A stretch of 61,640 bases of DNA, counting the filler, from Dugesia japonica (Eukaryota), in assembly GCA_001938525.1 (NCBI GenBank). It is 6 parts of 6 records of this genome, joined end to end, with 100 filler letters (N's around TTAATTAATTAA, not from the genome) between each part and the next. Parts side by side here need not be neighbours in the genome. Positions count along the whole stretch, not along the records: positions 46,223 to 61,640 come from MQRL01594632.1; 5 more parts are not named here. One strand, 5' to 3'. Positions 61,376 to 61,640 of this stretch are shown piece by piece. The first letter of the stretch is position 1. The number at the start of each line of letters is the position of its first letter. Under the pieces are notes generated by a model that saw only the letters and a program-made list of their open reading frames with translations, was not told where the DNA came from and did not search any database. The position numbers and the translations under genes are program-made.

Positions 61376-61640
61376 AGTAGATAGATAGTGGCGGTCTGGC
61401 GCACACACATTCAGTAACCCCTCCCCCCGCCGCCGTGACGTAACGAAACGAAACATAATCCTAATGTATTTAGTCGACGATTTGAAATTGCACACTTATT
61501 AAGTAATATTATGTAACTGCGCCAGTATTTTTTTATGTGTATTTACTCGAGAAAAATTATTTGCATACAAATTATGTGATAGATTAATTTCGTCGCCGGG
61601 AAAATTTACGTAATAGGATTAAGTGGTTTGATTTTTTAAT
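61376..61640 (+). mobile_element. Possible start of another Polinton terminal inverted repeat
   Basis: AGTAGATAGATAG followed by a GC-rich patch, like the termini at 927 and 46080. Confidence 0.4.

Overview
This is very AT-rich animal draft-genome DNA. The (ATT)n microsatellites, a 59-nt intron and a bHLH-PAS gene suggest a planarian-like flatworm, which is an inference. It is not one locus: five artificial linkers (44 N + TTAATTAATTAA + 44 N) join six unrelated scaffolds (about 1-9544, 9645-18861, 18962-27405, 27506-37577, 37678-46122, 46223-61640). Three scaffolds are dominated by Polinton/Maverick (adintovirus-like) endogenous viruses. Two are decayed integrase-bearing elements (0.9-9.5 kb and 37.7-41.1 kb). 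The third (46.2-57 kb) is a nearly intact element of a different family. Its protein-primed DNA polymerase B (pPolB) carries a 193-aa mini-intein inside the catalytic YTD^TDS motif, the insertion site used by archaeal and giant-virus PolB inteins. Its genes are separated by a family of about 52-65-bp palindromes with the core ACGATTAATCGT, plus short hairpins. The rest of the window holds Penelope-like retroelement ends with minimal hammerhead ribozymes, hAT transposon remnants, a TBP-like gene fragment, host exons (HIF-alpha/Sim-like, NOL4-like) and a cluster of small unknown genes.
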